Assembly: GCA_963665095.1 (NCBI GenBank)
Contig: OY762069.1
Coordinates: 288,001 to 352,000 of the forward strand
DNA length: 64,000 bases
Source of the DNA: an uncultured Desulfobacter sp.
GTDB lineage: Bacteria > Desulfobacterota > Desulfobacteria > Desulfobacterales > Desulfobacteraceae
Direction of reading: 5' to 3'
In this document: positions 21,644-32,205 of the stretch, one piece after another
Layout of the letters: every line of letters starts with the position of its first letter
Position numbering within the stretch: position 1 is the first letter of the stretch
Notes under the pieces: model-generated
Told to the model about the DNA's origin: nothing
The model's input: only the letters and a program-made list of their open reading frames with translations
Database searches by the model: none
Position numbers and translations under genes: made by a program

Positions 21644-22993
21644 ATGGGAACCATAATGGACATTGTCAGTAACAGAGATCCTTATGAAAAGGAATTTCAT
21701 CAGGCAGTTCATGAGGTGGCAGAGTCTGTAAAACCGGTGCTGGATAAAAATCCTGAGTACCGGCATGCCGGGATCATGGAAAGAATGGTGGAGCCGGAGC
21801 GGGTGATCCAGTTCCGGGTTCCCTGGGTGGATGACCAGGGACGGGTACAGGTGAATCGCGGATTCAGAATCGAGATGAACTCCGCCATCGGACCGTATAA
21901 AGGCGGACTGCGGTTTCACCCTTCGGTAAACCTCTCCATTCTCAAATTCCTTGCCTTTGAACAGGTGTTTAAAAACGCCCTGACCACACTTCCCATGGGG
22001 GGCGGCAAAGGCGGATCTGATTTCGATCCCAAGGGCAAGTCTGATTTTGAAGTGATGCGCTTCTGCCAGAGTTTCATGTCTGAGCTGTACCGCCATATCG
22101 GCCACGACACCGATGTGCCGGCCGGAGATATCGGGGTGGGGGGCCGTGAAATCGGTTATCTGTTTGGCATGTATAAGAAACTGAAAAATGAGTTTACAGG
22201 GGTTCTCACGGGCAAGGCCCTGAACTGGGGCGGTTCCCTGATCCGGCCAGAAGCCACGGGCTATGGATCGGTGTTCTTTGCCGATGAAATGCTGGCCACC
22301 CGTAACGAAAGTCTTAAAGGAAAAATTTGTCTGGTGTCCGGTTCCGGGAATGTGGCCCAGTACACCACGGAAAAGATCAACCATCTGGGGGGCAGGGTGG
22401 TGACCTTGTCAGATTCTTCAGGATTTATCTATGATGAACAGGGCATAGACGCAGATAAACTGCAATGGGTCATGTATCTGAAAAACGTTAAACGGGGAAG
22501 AATCAAAGAGTATGCGGAAAAATTCCCCTCTGCCCAGTACACCCCCATTGACGGCAATGAAGATCACAATCCGTTATGGAATCATAAGGCGGATTGCGCA
22601 TTCCCTTCCGCCACCCAGAATGAGATCAATGATAAAGATGCCCGGAATCTGGTGAATAACGGGGTGTATCTGGTATGCGAAGGGGCCAACATGCCCTCAA
22701 CGCCCGAGGCCATTGACATTTTTCTGGACAAAAAGTTCCTTTATGCCCCGGGCAAGGCTTCCAATGCCGGCGGGGTGGCGGTTTCCGGGCTGGAGATGTC
22801 CCAGAACTCCATGCGGATCAAATGGTCCAGGGAAGAGGTGGAAGCCAAGCTTAAAGGGATTATGCAAAGCATTCACCATGCCTGCCTGGATTTTGCCGAA
22901 GAGTACGGGACGCCTGGCAATTACGTGAATGGCGCCAATATTGCCGGCTTTGTCAAAGTGGCTGACGCCATGATGGACCAGGGCATTGTCTGA
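21644..22993 (+). CDS. gdhA: NADP-specific glutamate dehydrogenase
   Basis: GPYKGGLRFHPSV, LPMGGGKGGSDFDPKG, DVPAGDIGVG, RPEATGYG and GSGNVAQY motifs. Confidence 0.95.
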   Translation: MGTIMDIVSNRDPYEKEFHQAVHEVAESVKPVLDKNPEYRHAGIMERMVEPERVIQFRVPWVDDQGRVQVNRGFRIEMNSAIGPYKGGLRFHPSVNLSILKFLAFEQVFKNALTTLPMGGGKGGSDFDPKGKSDFEVMRFCQSFMSELYRHIGHDTDVPAGDIGVGGREIGYLFGMYKKLKNEFTGVLTGKALNWGGSLIRPEATGYGSVFFADEMLATRNESLKGKICLVSGSGNVAQYTTEKINHLGGRVVTLSDSSGFIYDEQGIDADKLQWVMYLKNVKRGRIKEYAEKFPSAQYTPIDGNEDHNPLWNHKADCAFPSATQNEINDKDARNLVNNGVYLVCEGANMPSTPEAIDIFLDKKFLYAPGKASNAGGVAVSGLEMSQNSMRIKWSREEVEAKLKGIMQSIHHACLDFAEEYGTPGNYVNGANIAGFVKVADAMMDQGIV

Positions 22994-23022
22994 TCCGGTC
23001 CAGACGTCTGAAATGTTTATCC

Positions 23023-23057
23023 GCCCCCGTCAGTGAGATTCACTGCCGGGGGCTTTT
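23023..23057 (+). terminator. Rho-independent terminator after gdhA
   Basis: GCCCCCG.CAGTGA gat TCACTG.CGGGGGC followed by TTTT. Confidence 0.75.
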
Positions 23058-23172
23058 GCCACAAGGCTTTTCCAACCAAAGGTTCTGTGTGGTTGAGATC
23101 TCAGTGGTGTTGTTTTTTTTAAAGGAAAATCCAACAGCATTTTTCCCTTGGCTGGTATGTGTCCAGCCTGGC

Positions 23173-24264
23173 TCAGGCGCAGATTACCTGGTTTCTTCCA
23201 TGGTTTTTCGCTTCATACATGGCCATATCCGCCTTTTCCAGTGCCTGCTTTAACGGCTGATGCTTGTTTATTTCATACACACCGCAACTTATGGTGACGG
23301 TCAGTTCTTCATGTTCCCAGCGCAGCGCTTCAACGGCCTGTCTCATTTTATCGGCCCGTATCTGGGCGATGCCTGACGGTGCGTTTTCCAGGATGATCAG
23401 AAATTCCTCCCCTCCGTACCGGCCAAAATAATCTGTTTTCCGCATCTTTGAGTTGACTTCCCGGCTGATACCAACAAGAACGGTATCCCCAAAATTGTGG
23501 CCGTAGGTATCATTAACGGATTTAAAGTGGTCAATATCGAACATGATAATGGAGATGGGAAAATTGTCCTTGTGTTCTTTCATGATTTCCAGTCGGTCCA
23601 TGATAAACCGGCGGTTGTAAATGCCGGTTAAAGGATCTTTGATGGACTTTTCACGCAGGTCCTGGTTGATGTTTTCAAGGTTTTTATTTGCCCTTTCCAC
23701 AATGCTTAACAAACGGTTATATTCTGCTGTTAACCGGTGGAGCAGAATAAACAGGGTGACTGCCAGAAGGAACAGGGCAATGGTGATGTCAATGTCCTGG
23801 GATTTCACATCCGGATAGCGGGTAATTACATGGGGAAACGATACTTCTGCCAGAATAAGTCCGCATAAGATCAGCATCTGCAGGGAAAATAACAATGATC
23901 GCCGTTTCAGTCCTTTGAGCATCACAACGGTGCAGCCTATATTTATGATGTAGTAGTAAGGCATTGCACCTGTCAGTCCGCCGCTTGCCAGCCACATACT
24001 TGGAAGCGTGTAAATGCTTATTACCGATATCAGAATGGCGGCCGGTATCACATTGCTGTGTTTATAGTGATAAAAGTAGAAGGCGGTAATGGAGGCAGCA
24101 AGCAGGATCAGCAAGGGGAAAATTGATGAAAAACCCAGTCCCATGAGTAGGTTGATGATGATGCAGATGATGGAAAGGAAAAAGGCTGTGGCACAGGTCA
24201 CTATAAGCATTCTATGCTCAATGGAGATCTGATGGAAATTTTTAATGTAATGCATGATCGTCAT
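23173..24264 (-). CDS. Membrane-bound diguanylate cyclase (GGEEF)
   Basis: N-terminal transmembrane segments; DPLTGIYNRR, DIDHFKSVNDTYGH and RYGGEEF motifs. Confidence 0.92.
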   Translation of the reverse strand: MTIMHYIKNFHQISIEHRMLIVTCATAFFLSIICIIINLLMGLGFSSIFPLLILLAASITAFYFYHYKHSNVIPAAILISVISIYTLPSMWLASGGLTGAMPYYYIINIGCTVVMLKGLKRRSLLFSLQMLILCGLILAEVSFPHVITRYPDVKSQDIDITIALFLLAVTLFILLHRLTAEYNRLLSIVERANKNLENINQDLREKSIKDPLTGIYNRRFIMDRLEIMKEHKDNFPISIIMFDIDHFKSVNDTYGHNFGDTVLVGISREVNSKMRKTDYFGRYGGEEFLIILENAPSGIAQIRADKMRQAVEALRWEHEELTVTISCGVYEINKHQPLKQALEKADMAMYEAKNHGRNQVICA

Positions 24265-24485
24265 TCCTGAATAATGGTTTAAGATTCATAACCCCATAAA
24301 TATCGTGTACAGACGTTCCATTAAGAGAAACCCTGGAAAGAAAGTCACTGTCAAAAATTATGAAATGGATTTAATGGCTCTGCTGCGTCTGTTATGAGTC
24401 AATCAATAATAACAAAAAGCTGTGAAAATGTGTAAAAAATATTACTTTTCAGAAGGCGAATTCGTAAGAATGAAATATGGCAGGT

Positions 24486-26711
24486 TCAGGCGAACAGATC
24501 TGCATCGCCGATGGACGATACCATGATCAGTGTCGGCAGGTTGGCCAGGGTGGCCGTATACCTTGCCTGAAACGTTTCTGCCTGGTCCTGTTCCGGGACA
24601 TTAAAGCCGATGAAAACAACCGATGAGTCGGCAGACATGGATTCCAGCACTTTTTCAAAGGGTTCCGGGGATACAATCACCCTTGTTTCGGCCTTTACCC
24701 GGGCTTTTTGCAGCAGCCTTTCCATGGCGTCCCTGGCTGGCTGTTCAGAGGATGACTCCCGGATGATCCTGAACAATCGCAGGGTGGCACCGGCCCACTG
24801 CCGGTTCAGTGTGAGCAGATGGGCAAGGATGAGCATCAGGGAACCGTTTTTCCGGCCCCGCCACCAGATATCGATACACCCTTTGTCCCGGGGTGGCAGT
24901 CCTTTGTCATTAATAATAACAAGGTTCATGCCCATGGCCTGGACAATGCGCAGGTGCCGTGTAAAGGAACAGGCTCTGGCCGGATCCGATGACCAGCCGA
25001 AAATTACCGTATTGGGCTGGAGCGGCCCCTGGGGGTGGGCCTGGAGGGCTGCCGTGATGCCCTGATCAAGATCCTGGGAGACCATGACCGTTGAAAATCC
25101 GCTGAAACCGTGATCCTGGAAGAATTTTTTAAGCTGGATCAGGGCGGCCTGCCTCATCTCCATGAGATCCTGGAGATTGCCGGGAAGGATACGGACCAGG
25201 GTCACGATGCCCCGGTCCTCACCGATCCACAGGGCATACTGGACCAGGGTAAACCGGGTCCGGGGGCTTCCTGAAAACACCAGAATTGCCGGACGCCAGT
25301 TCTTGGGATGGGTGGGCATCAGGGATAACTGGAGAAGATGGGCTCTCAGGCTTGAGTAAAAGAACCCCCACCGGGCATCCCCGAAACGGACTTCCAGGGA
25401 TTTTCGCCTGAGATGGGCGACCATTGCCGATATAAGCCCTGCCGCGCAGACCGCTGTGAGCGGATTGATCAGAAACGCTGTGGCAGCACACCCTATGGCG
25501 GCTATCATGGCCGGGATCCAGTGATAATACTTGAATCCCGGCCTGAAAGAGGGATTGCCGGCAAAGGACTCCACAAAAGCTGCAATATTGATCATTGCAT
25601 AGGTGTAAAGGAAAAACATGGTGACAATGCCGGCCAGGACGTTAAATGCCTGGCCGGTGTTTCCATTGCCGGCCCACAGGATGATGCAGATGGTCACAGC
25701 CAGGGTCAGCCATAGGGCCCTGACCGGTTCGTTGGCCCGGCCAGAACCTTTTTCAAAGGGGTGCAAAAGATGAATCAGCTCGTCCCTGGCCACGGCCTGG
25801 ATAACCCTGGGCGCTCCCATGAACGAGCCGATGGCGCTGGAGAGGGTCGCGGCAAAAACACCGGCCACCACCAGAAAGTCTGCGTTGAAAAGGGCCTGGC
25901 TGCACAGTGTTTCAAAGGAGGCATGAACCAGTGCCTGTCTGGACTGGGCTCCCCCGCATAAAAGGATCTGGAGACCATACACGGCAAATCCGGTGGCAAC
26001 CGCGCCAAGGGTGCCGGCAGGGATAGCCTTGCCGGGATTTCTCAAATCGCCGGACATGCTGATGCCGGCCATGATGCCGGTAACGGCTGGAAAATATATG
26101 GCAAAGACCCGCCAGAATGAGTACGCGTTGCTGGAATAGCCCGGGGGCAGGTTCTGCAGAAATATGTTGATGTCAAAGTGGGTCAGTGCCCCGCCCATGA
26201 AGGCAAGTATGGATAGCACAAGGATGGTCATGATCAGATACTGGGCACGGATGGCCCATCTGGCACCGGCCCGGGTGATGGTGAACAGGACAACCGCCGT
26301 TATCAGGGCAATGGTCCTGAAGTGGGGAACCAGACCCGGCAATGTCCGGACCAGGGATTCTGTGAAGCCTAAAATATAAAAGGGCACGGATATCGCCTGG
26401 GAGCAGAACAGGGCAAGACCGATGGCGCCCCCGAGCTCCGGTCCAACAGACCGAGATATCAGAAAATAGGCACCTCCCCCTGACACCGGTGTATTGGTGG
26501 ATACGGCGGAAACAGACATGGCTGTCAAAAGCGTAATGGCATGGCTCAGGCACAGGATCAGAAATGTCTGCAGAATGCCGGCCTGACCAATGACGAATCC
26601 TGCCCGCATAAACAGGATAACCCCCAGAATTGTCAAAATGGAGGGGGTAAAAACACCGCCAAAGGTGCCAAGTCTGTTGCCCTTATGGTTCTGTCCGGAT
26701 CTGATTTTCAT
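24486..26711 (-). CDS. Cation-chloride cotransporter (SLC12/CCC)-like APC transporter
   Basis: LGTFGGVFTPSILTILGVILFMR, GGAYFLISRSVGPELGGAIG, YFPAVTGIMAG, KNWRP and IDIWW motifs; start taken as ATG 26711. Confidence 0.85.
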   Translation of the reverse strand: MKIRSGQNHKGNRLGTFGGVFTPSILTILGVILFMRAGFVIGQAGILQTFLILCLSHAITLLTAMSVSAVSTNTPVSGGGAYFLISRSVGPELGGAIGLALFCSQAISVPFYILGFTESLVRTLPGLVPHFRTIALITAVVLFTITRAGARWAIRAQYLIMTILVLSILAFMGGALTHFDINIFLQNLPPGYSSNAYSFWRVFAIYFPAVTGIMAGISMSGDLRNPGKAIPAGTLGAVATGFAVYGLQILLCGGAQSRQALVHASFETLCSQALFNADFLVVAGVFAATLSSAIGSFMGAPRVIQAVARDELIHLLHPFEKGSGRANEPVRALWLTLAVTICIILWAGNGNTGQAFNVLAGIVTMFFLYTYAMINIAAFVESFAGNPSFRPGFKYYHWIPAMIAAIGCAATAFLINPLTAVCAAGLISAMVAHLRRKSLEVRFGDARWGFFYSSLRAHLLQLSLMPTHPKNWRPAILVFSGSPRTRFTLVQYALWIGEDRGIVTLVRILPGNLQDLMEMRQAALIQLKKFFQDHGFSGFSTVMVSQDLDQGITAALQAHPQGPLQPNTVIFGWSSDPARACSFTRHLRIVQAMGMNLVIINDKGLPPRDKGCIDIWWRGRKNGSLMLILAHLLTLNRQWAGATLRLFRIIRESSSEQPARDAMERLLQKARVKAETRVIVSPEPFEKVLESMSADSSVVFIGFNVPEQDQAETFQARYTATLANLPTLIMVSSIGDADLFA

Positions 26712-26890
26712 TCTGTCCCCGCCCGGGCCCGGGTGACTTTCCGGAAACCGGCCGGCCATGACAGGGCAATTCTGCCCGTGGTATTGACGGGGCTATGCTG
26801 TTTCACCACCTTCATCCAATACTCCTGCGCTAAGAGATTCTATCATATCTCCTTTATCCGGCCATGTTCGGCCTGTCAATGGGGATAATG

Positions 26891-27285
26891 GTTGCCCGCG
26901 GGGTAACCGCATTATAATAATAAATAATACACGCAATCTCCAATAAAGTTGATTTTTAGTTTTTGAAGGCTGGCACCATCATATAGTGGCTGGATATTTT
27001 GCAGAAAAGAGTTCAATCATCATTGTGGTCTACTAAAAAATTTGAATTGAGAGGAATCGGAAACCCCGTGCTACACGTAATATTGCTCGCCGGTTTGAGG
27101 ACTTAAAAAGTGTGGAAGTACAGGGAAAGTCTGGGGGCGTTGTTCGACCGAAAAACGGGGACTGGCCGAAGGGTAGTCTTCACCTCAGCCCCTTGGTTTG
27201 ATTTTCCAGATTTACGATCCAGGTCACCAATAACAAAAGTAGTGACCCCGTCTCAAATAGGCTTAGGAGTTCTTAAATACCATTA
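26891..27285 (+). repeat. Left, uninterrupted copy of a ~400-bp non-coding sequence repeated in inverted orientation at 45106-51325
   Basis: Identical blocks: 26949-26975 = rc 51249-51275; 26980-27020 = rc 49290-49330; 27255-27285 = rc 45106-45136. Confidence 0.85.
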
Positions 27286-27472
27286 AAGCTCTCCCTAAAA
27301 TTACTTAATTTATCTGCAATCATTAGTTTTGTCATAATAGAGAAAAATCGAAGTTTCAACAAAATCCAATACAAGATTTCCTGAAGTCAACTTTTAACCC
27401 TAATCTTTACTCAAAACATTTCCCTTTTGACAAAAAAATTAAATCTAACTGTATATAAGCGCAAAATCCTAC

Positions 27473-27532
27473 TTGACAAAGAATAGAAACATTGTTTTAT
27501 TATTTAGCTAATAAATAAAACAATGTTCCTAT
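27473..27532 (+). promoter_or_regulatory. Promoter -35 plus tandem palindromic operator (probably for the operon TetR)
   Basis: TTGACA at 27473; ATAGAAACATTGTTTTATT..AATAAAACAATGTTCCTAT inverted repeat, each arm itself an AAACAwTGTT palindrome. Confidence 0.65.
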
Positions 27533-27548
27533 TTGCACAGGAAGCCAT

Positions 27549-28445
27549 ATGATGATGACATTAAACTCCGATCTTGTCGGAACCCAGCTTAAACCTTATG
27601 AAACCACCATCACCATGCGGCAGACCAAAAATCATGCTGCATCCATTGACGATGGCAACCCCCGATATTTTGACGATACGAACAAAAATGGGATTCTATC
27701 CCATCCCATGTTCCCGGTCACTGTGACCTGGCCTGTGCTCAGCCATCTTGACCGATTTATTGAGGCAGATAATTTCCCCACCGAGGTGCTTTTAACCCAG
27801 GTGCATTACTCAGAACATTTGATTTTACATCGTCTTGTGCAGCCAAATGATGCGTTGACCGTAAAAGGAGTGTTACAGGCATTCATTCCTCATCGGGCAG
27901 GCACCCATGCTGTCATCAAGCTTGATACCCTCGATAAAGCTGGAAAACCTGTATTTACAGAATATATAGGCGCAATGTTGAGAGGAGTTGACTGCGGTAA
28001 AGGCGGGATAGCAGACTCTATCCCTGTTGTTCCCGAAGGCAACAAAAATAATGATACCTCCGTTTGGGCCTCGGATGTCCACATCCATCCCCTCATGCCA
28101 TTTCTCTATGACAGCTGTACTGATATTGAATTCCCCATCCATACATCTGTACAATTTGCCAAAGCCGTTGGACTGCCAGGTATAATACTTCAGGGCACAG
28201 CCACACTTGCCCTGGTGGTAAGGGACATTGTAGACAGGGAGGCTGATATGGATCCATCCCGGGTAACCCAAATCGGCTGCAATTTTACCGGAATGGTCAA
28301 ACCTGATACGGACATCCGGATTCTCTGTACAGACAGAGTATGCCATCAAAACCATACGGATGTCTTTTTTATTGTGCTAAATAATGAAAACAAAAAGGCA
28401 ATCCGCAATGGATTCGTCCAAATCAAAAGGGGAAACCATGGCTGA
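27549..28445 (+). CDS. MaoC-like double hot-dog (R)-enoyl-CoA hydratase/dehydratase
   Basis: D.NPRYFD and D..PIHTS..FAKAVGLPGIILQG hydratase-2 motifs. Confidence 0.85.
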   Translation: MMMTLNSDLVGTQLKPYETTITMRQTKNHAASIDDGNPRYFDDTNKNGILSHPMFPVTVTWPVLSHLDRFIEADNFPTEVLLTQVHYSEHLILHRLVQPNDALTVKGVLQAFIPHRAGTHAVIKLDTLDKAGKPVFTEYIGAMLRGVDCGKGGIADSIPVVPEGNKNNDTSVWASDVHIHPLMPFLYDSCTDIEFPIHTSVQFAKAVGLPGIILQGTATLALVVRDIVDREADMDPSRVTQIGCNFTGMVKPDTDIRILCTDRVCHQNHTDVFFIVLNNENKKAIRNGFVQIKRGNHG

Positions 28446-30141
28446 ATCCGCACGCTTACCGCTTGTTAATTCATACATTGATCTTTGGGCCGAGAAAAGA
28501 CCTGATACCATTGCGATTGTCCAGTATGAGGATGGGCGGAAACTGACCTACAAAAAATTTGCGTCATTAATTGATTTTTTTGCACTGAAACTGATGGACA
28601 TGAACATTCGCAAGGGAGATCGCATCGCAACACAATTGGTACTGGTTCCCGAACATATGGCCCTAATGTATGCCTGTTTTAAAATCGGAGCCATTTTCGC
28701 TCCTCTTGATGTGCGGCTTAGTGAAAGCGAAATCGTCAGGGATATTAACAAGATTGCCCCCAAAGCCTTCTTTTTTCTGGGCGAGACCCCTGTGCGGGAT
28801 TTTAGACAGATTGGTTCTGCCGTTCAAAAAGGTTGCCCGTCTGTGGATCACCTAGTTCAATTTACCCCAGACCCAAAACCCGGAGATGTTTTGGATGGAG
28901 CGACGGCCATCACACAAATGATGAGCAAACCTCGGCTCATTTGGCTAAAACTGGCGGACATGGTAACAGGAAGACTTAAAAAAGCGTACCAAACCCTTGA
29001 TACCAGGACACCAGCCCTGATCATCTTTACCACCGGTACGACCGGAGAGCCCAAGCCAGCACTGCTATGCCATGAAAATATCCTTGTTCAGAATCAAGTA
29101 TTGGAACGAGGGCTTGACTACAAAGGCAGTCCGGAAGAATTCTCTATTCTGGTCAACCTACCGCCCAGCCATGTGGGATGTATCACAGAGACCTTCATGA
29201 CAACCATGTTCATTGGTGGCAAAGCGGTCTTCCTTCGGATATTTGATGCCAAAGCGACCCTCGAAGCCATTGAAAAGTACTCAGTAAAGGCCATCGGCCA
29301 AATCCCCACCATGTTCCGAATGCTGTGGAATTTACCTGAGTACGAAAAATATGACCTGTCCAGCCTGGAATTTGTTGCCTATGCCGGTTCAGCCGTTGAT
29401 GTCACATTTTTAAAAAAGCTGTCAACCATGGCTCCAAAATTTGGCACGGGGCTTGGCATGACGGAAAATGCTGGTTTTGCAACCTTCACCCCTCCTGGCA
29501 TCTCCATTGAAGAGATGGCAGGCCAGGTTGGTACTGATTTCCCGGATCTTGCCCGTGTAAGTGTCCGAAAGCCCATGAATAGCGACGGATCAGCAGGGGA
29601 GGAATTGCCGGATAATGAAGTTGGCGAAATCTGTTATCATCCGCCCATTGTATTCTTAGGATATTACAATAAACCTGACCAAACCAAGAATACGATTTCC
29701 ACCGAGGGAATCCTTTATACGGGTGACGTCGGATATTTTAAATCCATGGACAATTACAGAGCTCTTTATCTTGCCGGAAGAAAAAAATTCGTTATCAAGC
29801 AAAAAGGATATAATGTTTTTCCCGGTGAAGTTGAGGATCATATTGCAGGTATGCCCGGCGTCAATACCGTTGATGTGATCGGTGTGAAGCACGAGCTTTT
29901 TGATGAGGGTATATTTGCTTTTGTGAGGCCGGCACCCGGGGTTGATCTCAGCCAAAACGCCGTGATGAACCATTGTAAATCTATTGCGGCCTACAAGCGC
30001 CCTCAGCACGTTGAAATCTGGCCGTCTGATACAGAGTTACCGTTGACAAGGAGTGCCAAAGTGGACAAAATGGCGCTCATTGAACTGGCAGAAAGCATTG
30101 TGGAAGACTTAAGAAAAAATGGACGGTGGGATGCCGATTAA
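28438..30141 (+). CDS. AMP-dependent acyl-CoA ligase (class I adenylate-forming)
   Basis: IFTTGTTGEPK, GMTE, YTGDVG, GRKK..KGYNVFPGEVE and SAKVDK motifs; start ATG 28438 overlaps the upstream gene. Confidence 0.9.
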   Translation: MAESARLPLVNSYIDLWAEKRPDTIAIVQYEDGRKLTYKKFASLIDFFALKLMDMNIRKGDRIATQLVLVPEHMALMYACFKIGAIFAPLDVRLSESEIVRDINKIAPKAFFFLGETPVRDFRQIGSAVQKGCPSVDHLVQFTPDPKPGDVLDGATAITQMMSKPRLIWLKLADMVTGRLKKAYQTLDTRTPALIIFTTGTTGEPKPALLCHENILVQNQVLERGLDYKGSPEEFSILVNLPPSHVGCITETFMTTMFIGGKAVFLRIFDAKATLEAIEKYSVKAIGQIPTMFRMLWNLPEYEKYDLSSLEFVAYAGSAVDVTFLKKLSTMAPKFGTGLGMTENAGFATFTPPGISIEEMAGQVGTDFPDLARVSVRKPMNSDGSAGEELPDNEVGEICYHPPIVFLGYYNKPDQTKNTISTEGILYTGDVGYFKSMDNYRALYLAGRKKFVIKQKGYNVFPGEVEDHIAGMPGVNTVDVIGVKHELFDEGIFAFVRPAPGVDLSQNAVMNHCKSIAAYKRPQHVEIWPSDTELPLTRSAKVDKMALIELAESIVEDLRKNGRWDAD

Positions 30142-30748
30142 ATCACCCTCTGAAGTGCAGGAAAACCAGCCTCAGATACCCGAAAAACTTAAACAAAAAC
30201 TCTATCCCATTGTATTAGATCTGTTTGCCAACCATGATTTCCATCGGGTCAATATCCGTGAAATCAGCAAACGATCCGGTGTGAGCACAGGTACTATTTA
30301 TAAATATTTTGCCTCAAAAGAAAACCTGATTTTTAAAATTTTGGATGAGCAGATTGATCAGATCAGCTGTCGTATAGAGCGGCATATTGCCGGTATGAAG
30401 GATATTAAGGAGATCTTCAGAAAAGTATTCTGGGTTACAATGGATGTTTATGACAGCAATCCGGGGGTGGCAGTCACGGCATTCATTACCGTTCCCATGA
30501 GAACCTGGATGCAGGACAAAAGCTACCGGAGAAAAGATGACCTAAGCATATTAAAACAACATATCCAGGTAGCCAGGGCTAAAGGAACCATTGATACCTC
30601 CCTTTCCTCAAGACAAATTGTGGATGCTTACTATATGGTTTGTCACAGGTATATCCATAATTGGTATTATGAAAAAATGGCATTCAGATTGACCGATCGA
30701 TTAGATGAATATTTCAACCTTTTCTGGAAAATCCTTAAGCCGCAATAA
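30131..30748 (+). CDS. TetR/AcrR family regulator
   Basis: IREISKRSGVSTGTIYKYFASKENL helix-turn-helix. Confidence 0.9.
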   Translation: MPIKSPSEVQENQPQIPEKLKQKLYPIVLDLFANHDFHRVNIREISKRSGVSTGTIYKYFASKENLIFKILDEQIDQISCRIERHIAGMKDIKEIFRKVFWVTMDVYDSNPGVAVTAFITVPMRTWMQDKSYRRKDDLSILKQHIQVARAKGTIDTSLSSRQIVDAYYMVCHRYIHNWYYEKMAFRLTDRLDEYFNLFWKILKPQ

Positions 30749-30977
30749 GCAATTTTATTAATATCAATAGGGTACAAACCGCATCAGATTCCTCTGAGTT
30801 TGACATTTTTTTTAGAGAGATCAATTGTTCTGTTATTTCCTGGTGAGAATTTATTAGAAATAAACCCGATTAATACGATTAAAGCTCAGCTTCAAAATCA
30901 AGTTTAAACGGTTGTTTTGTTTCTTAATTTGATATAATTTCCCATTTGTCTATATGTAAATTTACACAAGGTAGAAC

Positions 30978-31430
30978 ATGAAAGTACGAAGAGCAACGGT
31001 CCAGGATCTTCAGAGTTTAATTGAGTTTACCAACAACGAAGCCAAGGGAGCTGAAGGGATTACAAAATCACCGAAAAAGCTTGAAACGGGTATTAAATTA
31101 GCCCTTGAAGATGAAACCAAAGCTATATACTGGGTGCTTGTTAATGGTTCTGATGTGCCCGTTGGCAGTGTGTCCGCTCTCAAAGAATGGAGTGATTGGA
31201 ATTCAGGATATTACTGGTGGATACAAAGCATGTATATTGATCCGGCATATAGAGGTAAAAATTACATGACACTTCTTTTAGCAGCAGTAGAACAAGAGAT
31301 GGATGAACAAAATGGTTTGGAATTAAGACTATATGTTCATGAAAAAAATCAAGCTGCAATTAAGGCTTATAAAAAATCCAATTTCAGAGACACAAATTAT
31401 AAAATAATGGTACGGAATCGAGCTACATAA
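30978..31430 (+). CDS. GNAT family N-acetyltransferase
   Basis: YIDPAYRGKN and LYVHEKNQAAIKAYKK motifs. Confidence 0.85.
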   Translation: MKVRRATVQDLQSLIEFTNNEAKGAEGITKSPKKLETGIKLALEDETKAIYWVLVNGSDVPVGSVSALKEWSDWNSGYYWWIQSMYIDPAYRGKNYMTLLLAAVEQEMDEQNGLELRLYVHEKNQAAIKAYKKSNFRDTNYKIMVRNRAT

Positions 31431-31481
31431 ACATCTGTTGTTTTATTTACCCACGCGAAACAGCGAGGAACCAAAAAGGAA

Positions 31482-32000
31482 ATGTTATTGATGATCGAAA
31501 TCCGTAAAGAAGAACAAAGTGATAGTGGCGCCATTCACCAATTGAATATGGCCGCATTTGATAATGGGCCAGAAGCAGACCTTGTGGATAAACTCCGTGC
31601 CTCATGCAAAGACTATCTATCATTTATCGCAGTTGAAGATGGTTCTATTGTCGGCCACATTTTGTTCACTCCAGTTACCGTGAATGGTTGTTCCACAGCA
31701 GGAATGGGTTTGGCGCCAATGGCAGTATTGCCATCCTACCAAAGAAAAGGCATTGGATCTGAGCTTGTACGTTATGGGCTTGAGTTCTTGCGCAAAGCCT
31801 TTTGCCCGTTCGTTATTGTTCTTGGGCATCCCGAGTATTACCCAAGATTTGGCTTTGAGCTTGCGTCAAAATATCAGCTTATCTGCCAATGGGAAGGGGT
31901 GCCTGATGATGCATTCATGGTTGTCATTTTCGATAAGGTGGCCTTGCCAGAATCCGGCGGTATTGTAAGATATCTGGATGAATTCAATGAGGCTATGTAG
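31482..32000 (+). CDS. GNAT family N-acetyltransferase (YhbS-like)
   Basis: LAPMAVLPSYQRKGIGSEL and VLGHPEYYPRFGF motifs. Confidence 0.9.
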   Translation: MLLMIEIRKEEQSDSGAIHQLNMAAFDNGPEADLVDKLRASCKDYLSFIAVEDGSIVGHILFTPVTVNGCSTAGMGLAPMAVLPSYQRKGIGSELVRYGLEFLRKAFCPFVIVLGHPEYYPRFGFELASKYQLICQWEGVPDDAFMVVIFDKVALPESGGIVRYLDEFNEAM

Positions 32001-32004
32001 GCTC

Positions 32005-32063
32005 GGCTAACAAGGCTAATCAGCCGACGCAAAAAGCCGCGCGGCTGATTAGCAGCGTTAAAT
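32005..32063 (+). mobile_element. Integron attC recombination site
   Basis: GGCTAAC..GCTAATCAGCCG..CGGCTGATTAGC..GTTAAAT, 59 bp, imperfect palindrome ending in a GTTRRRY core, 4 bp after the GNAT stop. Confidence 0.8.
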
Positions 32064-32205
32064 TTTACACTTTAAAAAGTTGATTCTGATTTGCATCCCC
32101 ACCTGTTGAATATGTCTATGAAAAAACTCTATTGGTCCGAAAAACCCCATGAGCACTGGCGTTTCTATTGTTGGGGATTGGAATCACCCCAATCCCCTTC
32201 GATTT

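Noticed and set aside
21599..22384. 261-aa ORF antisense to gdhA (likewise 1942-2853, 51478-52440, 56753-57445 and 58958-59572)
   Set aside because: Shadow ORFs opposite well-supported genes; no independent motifs
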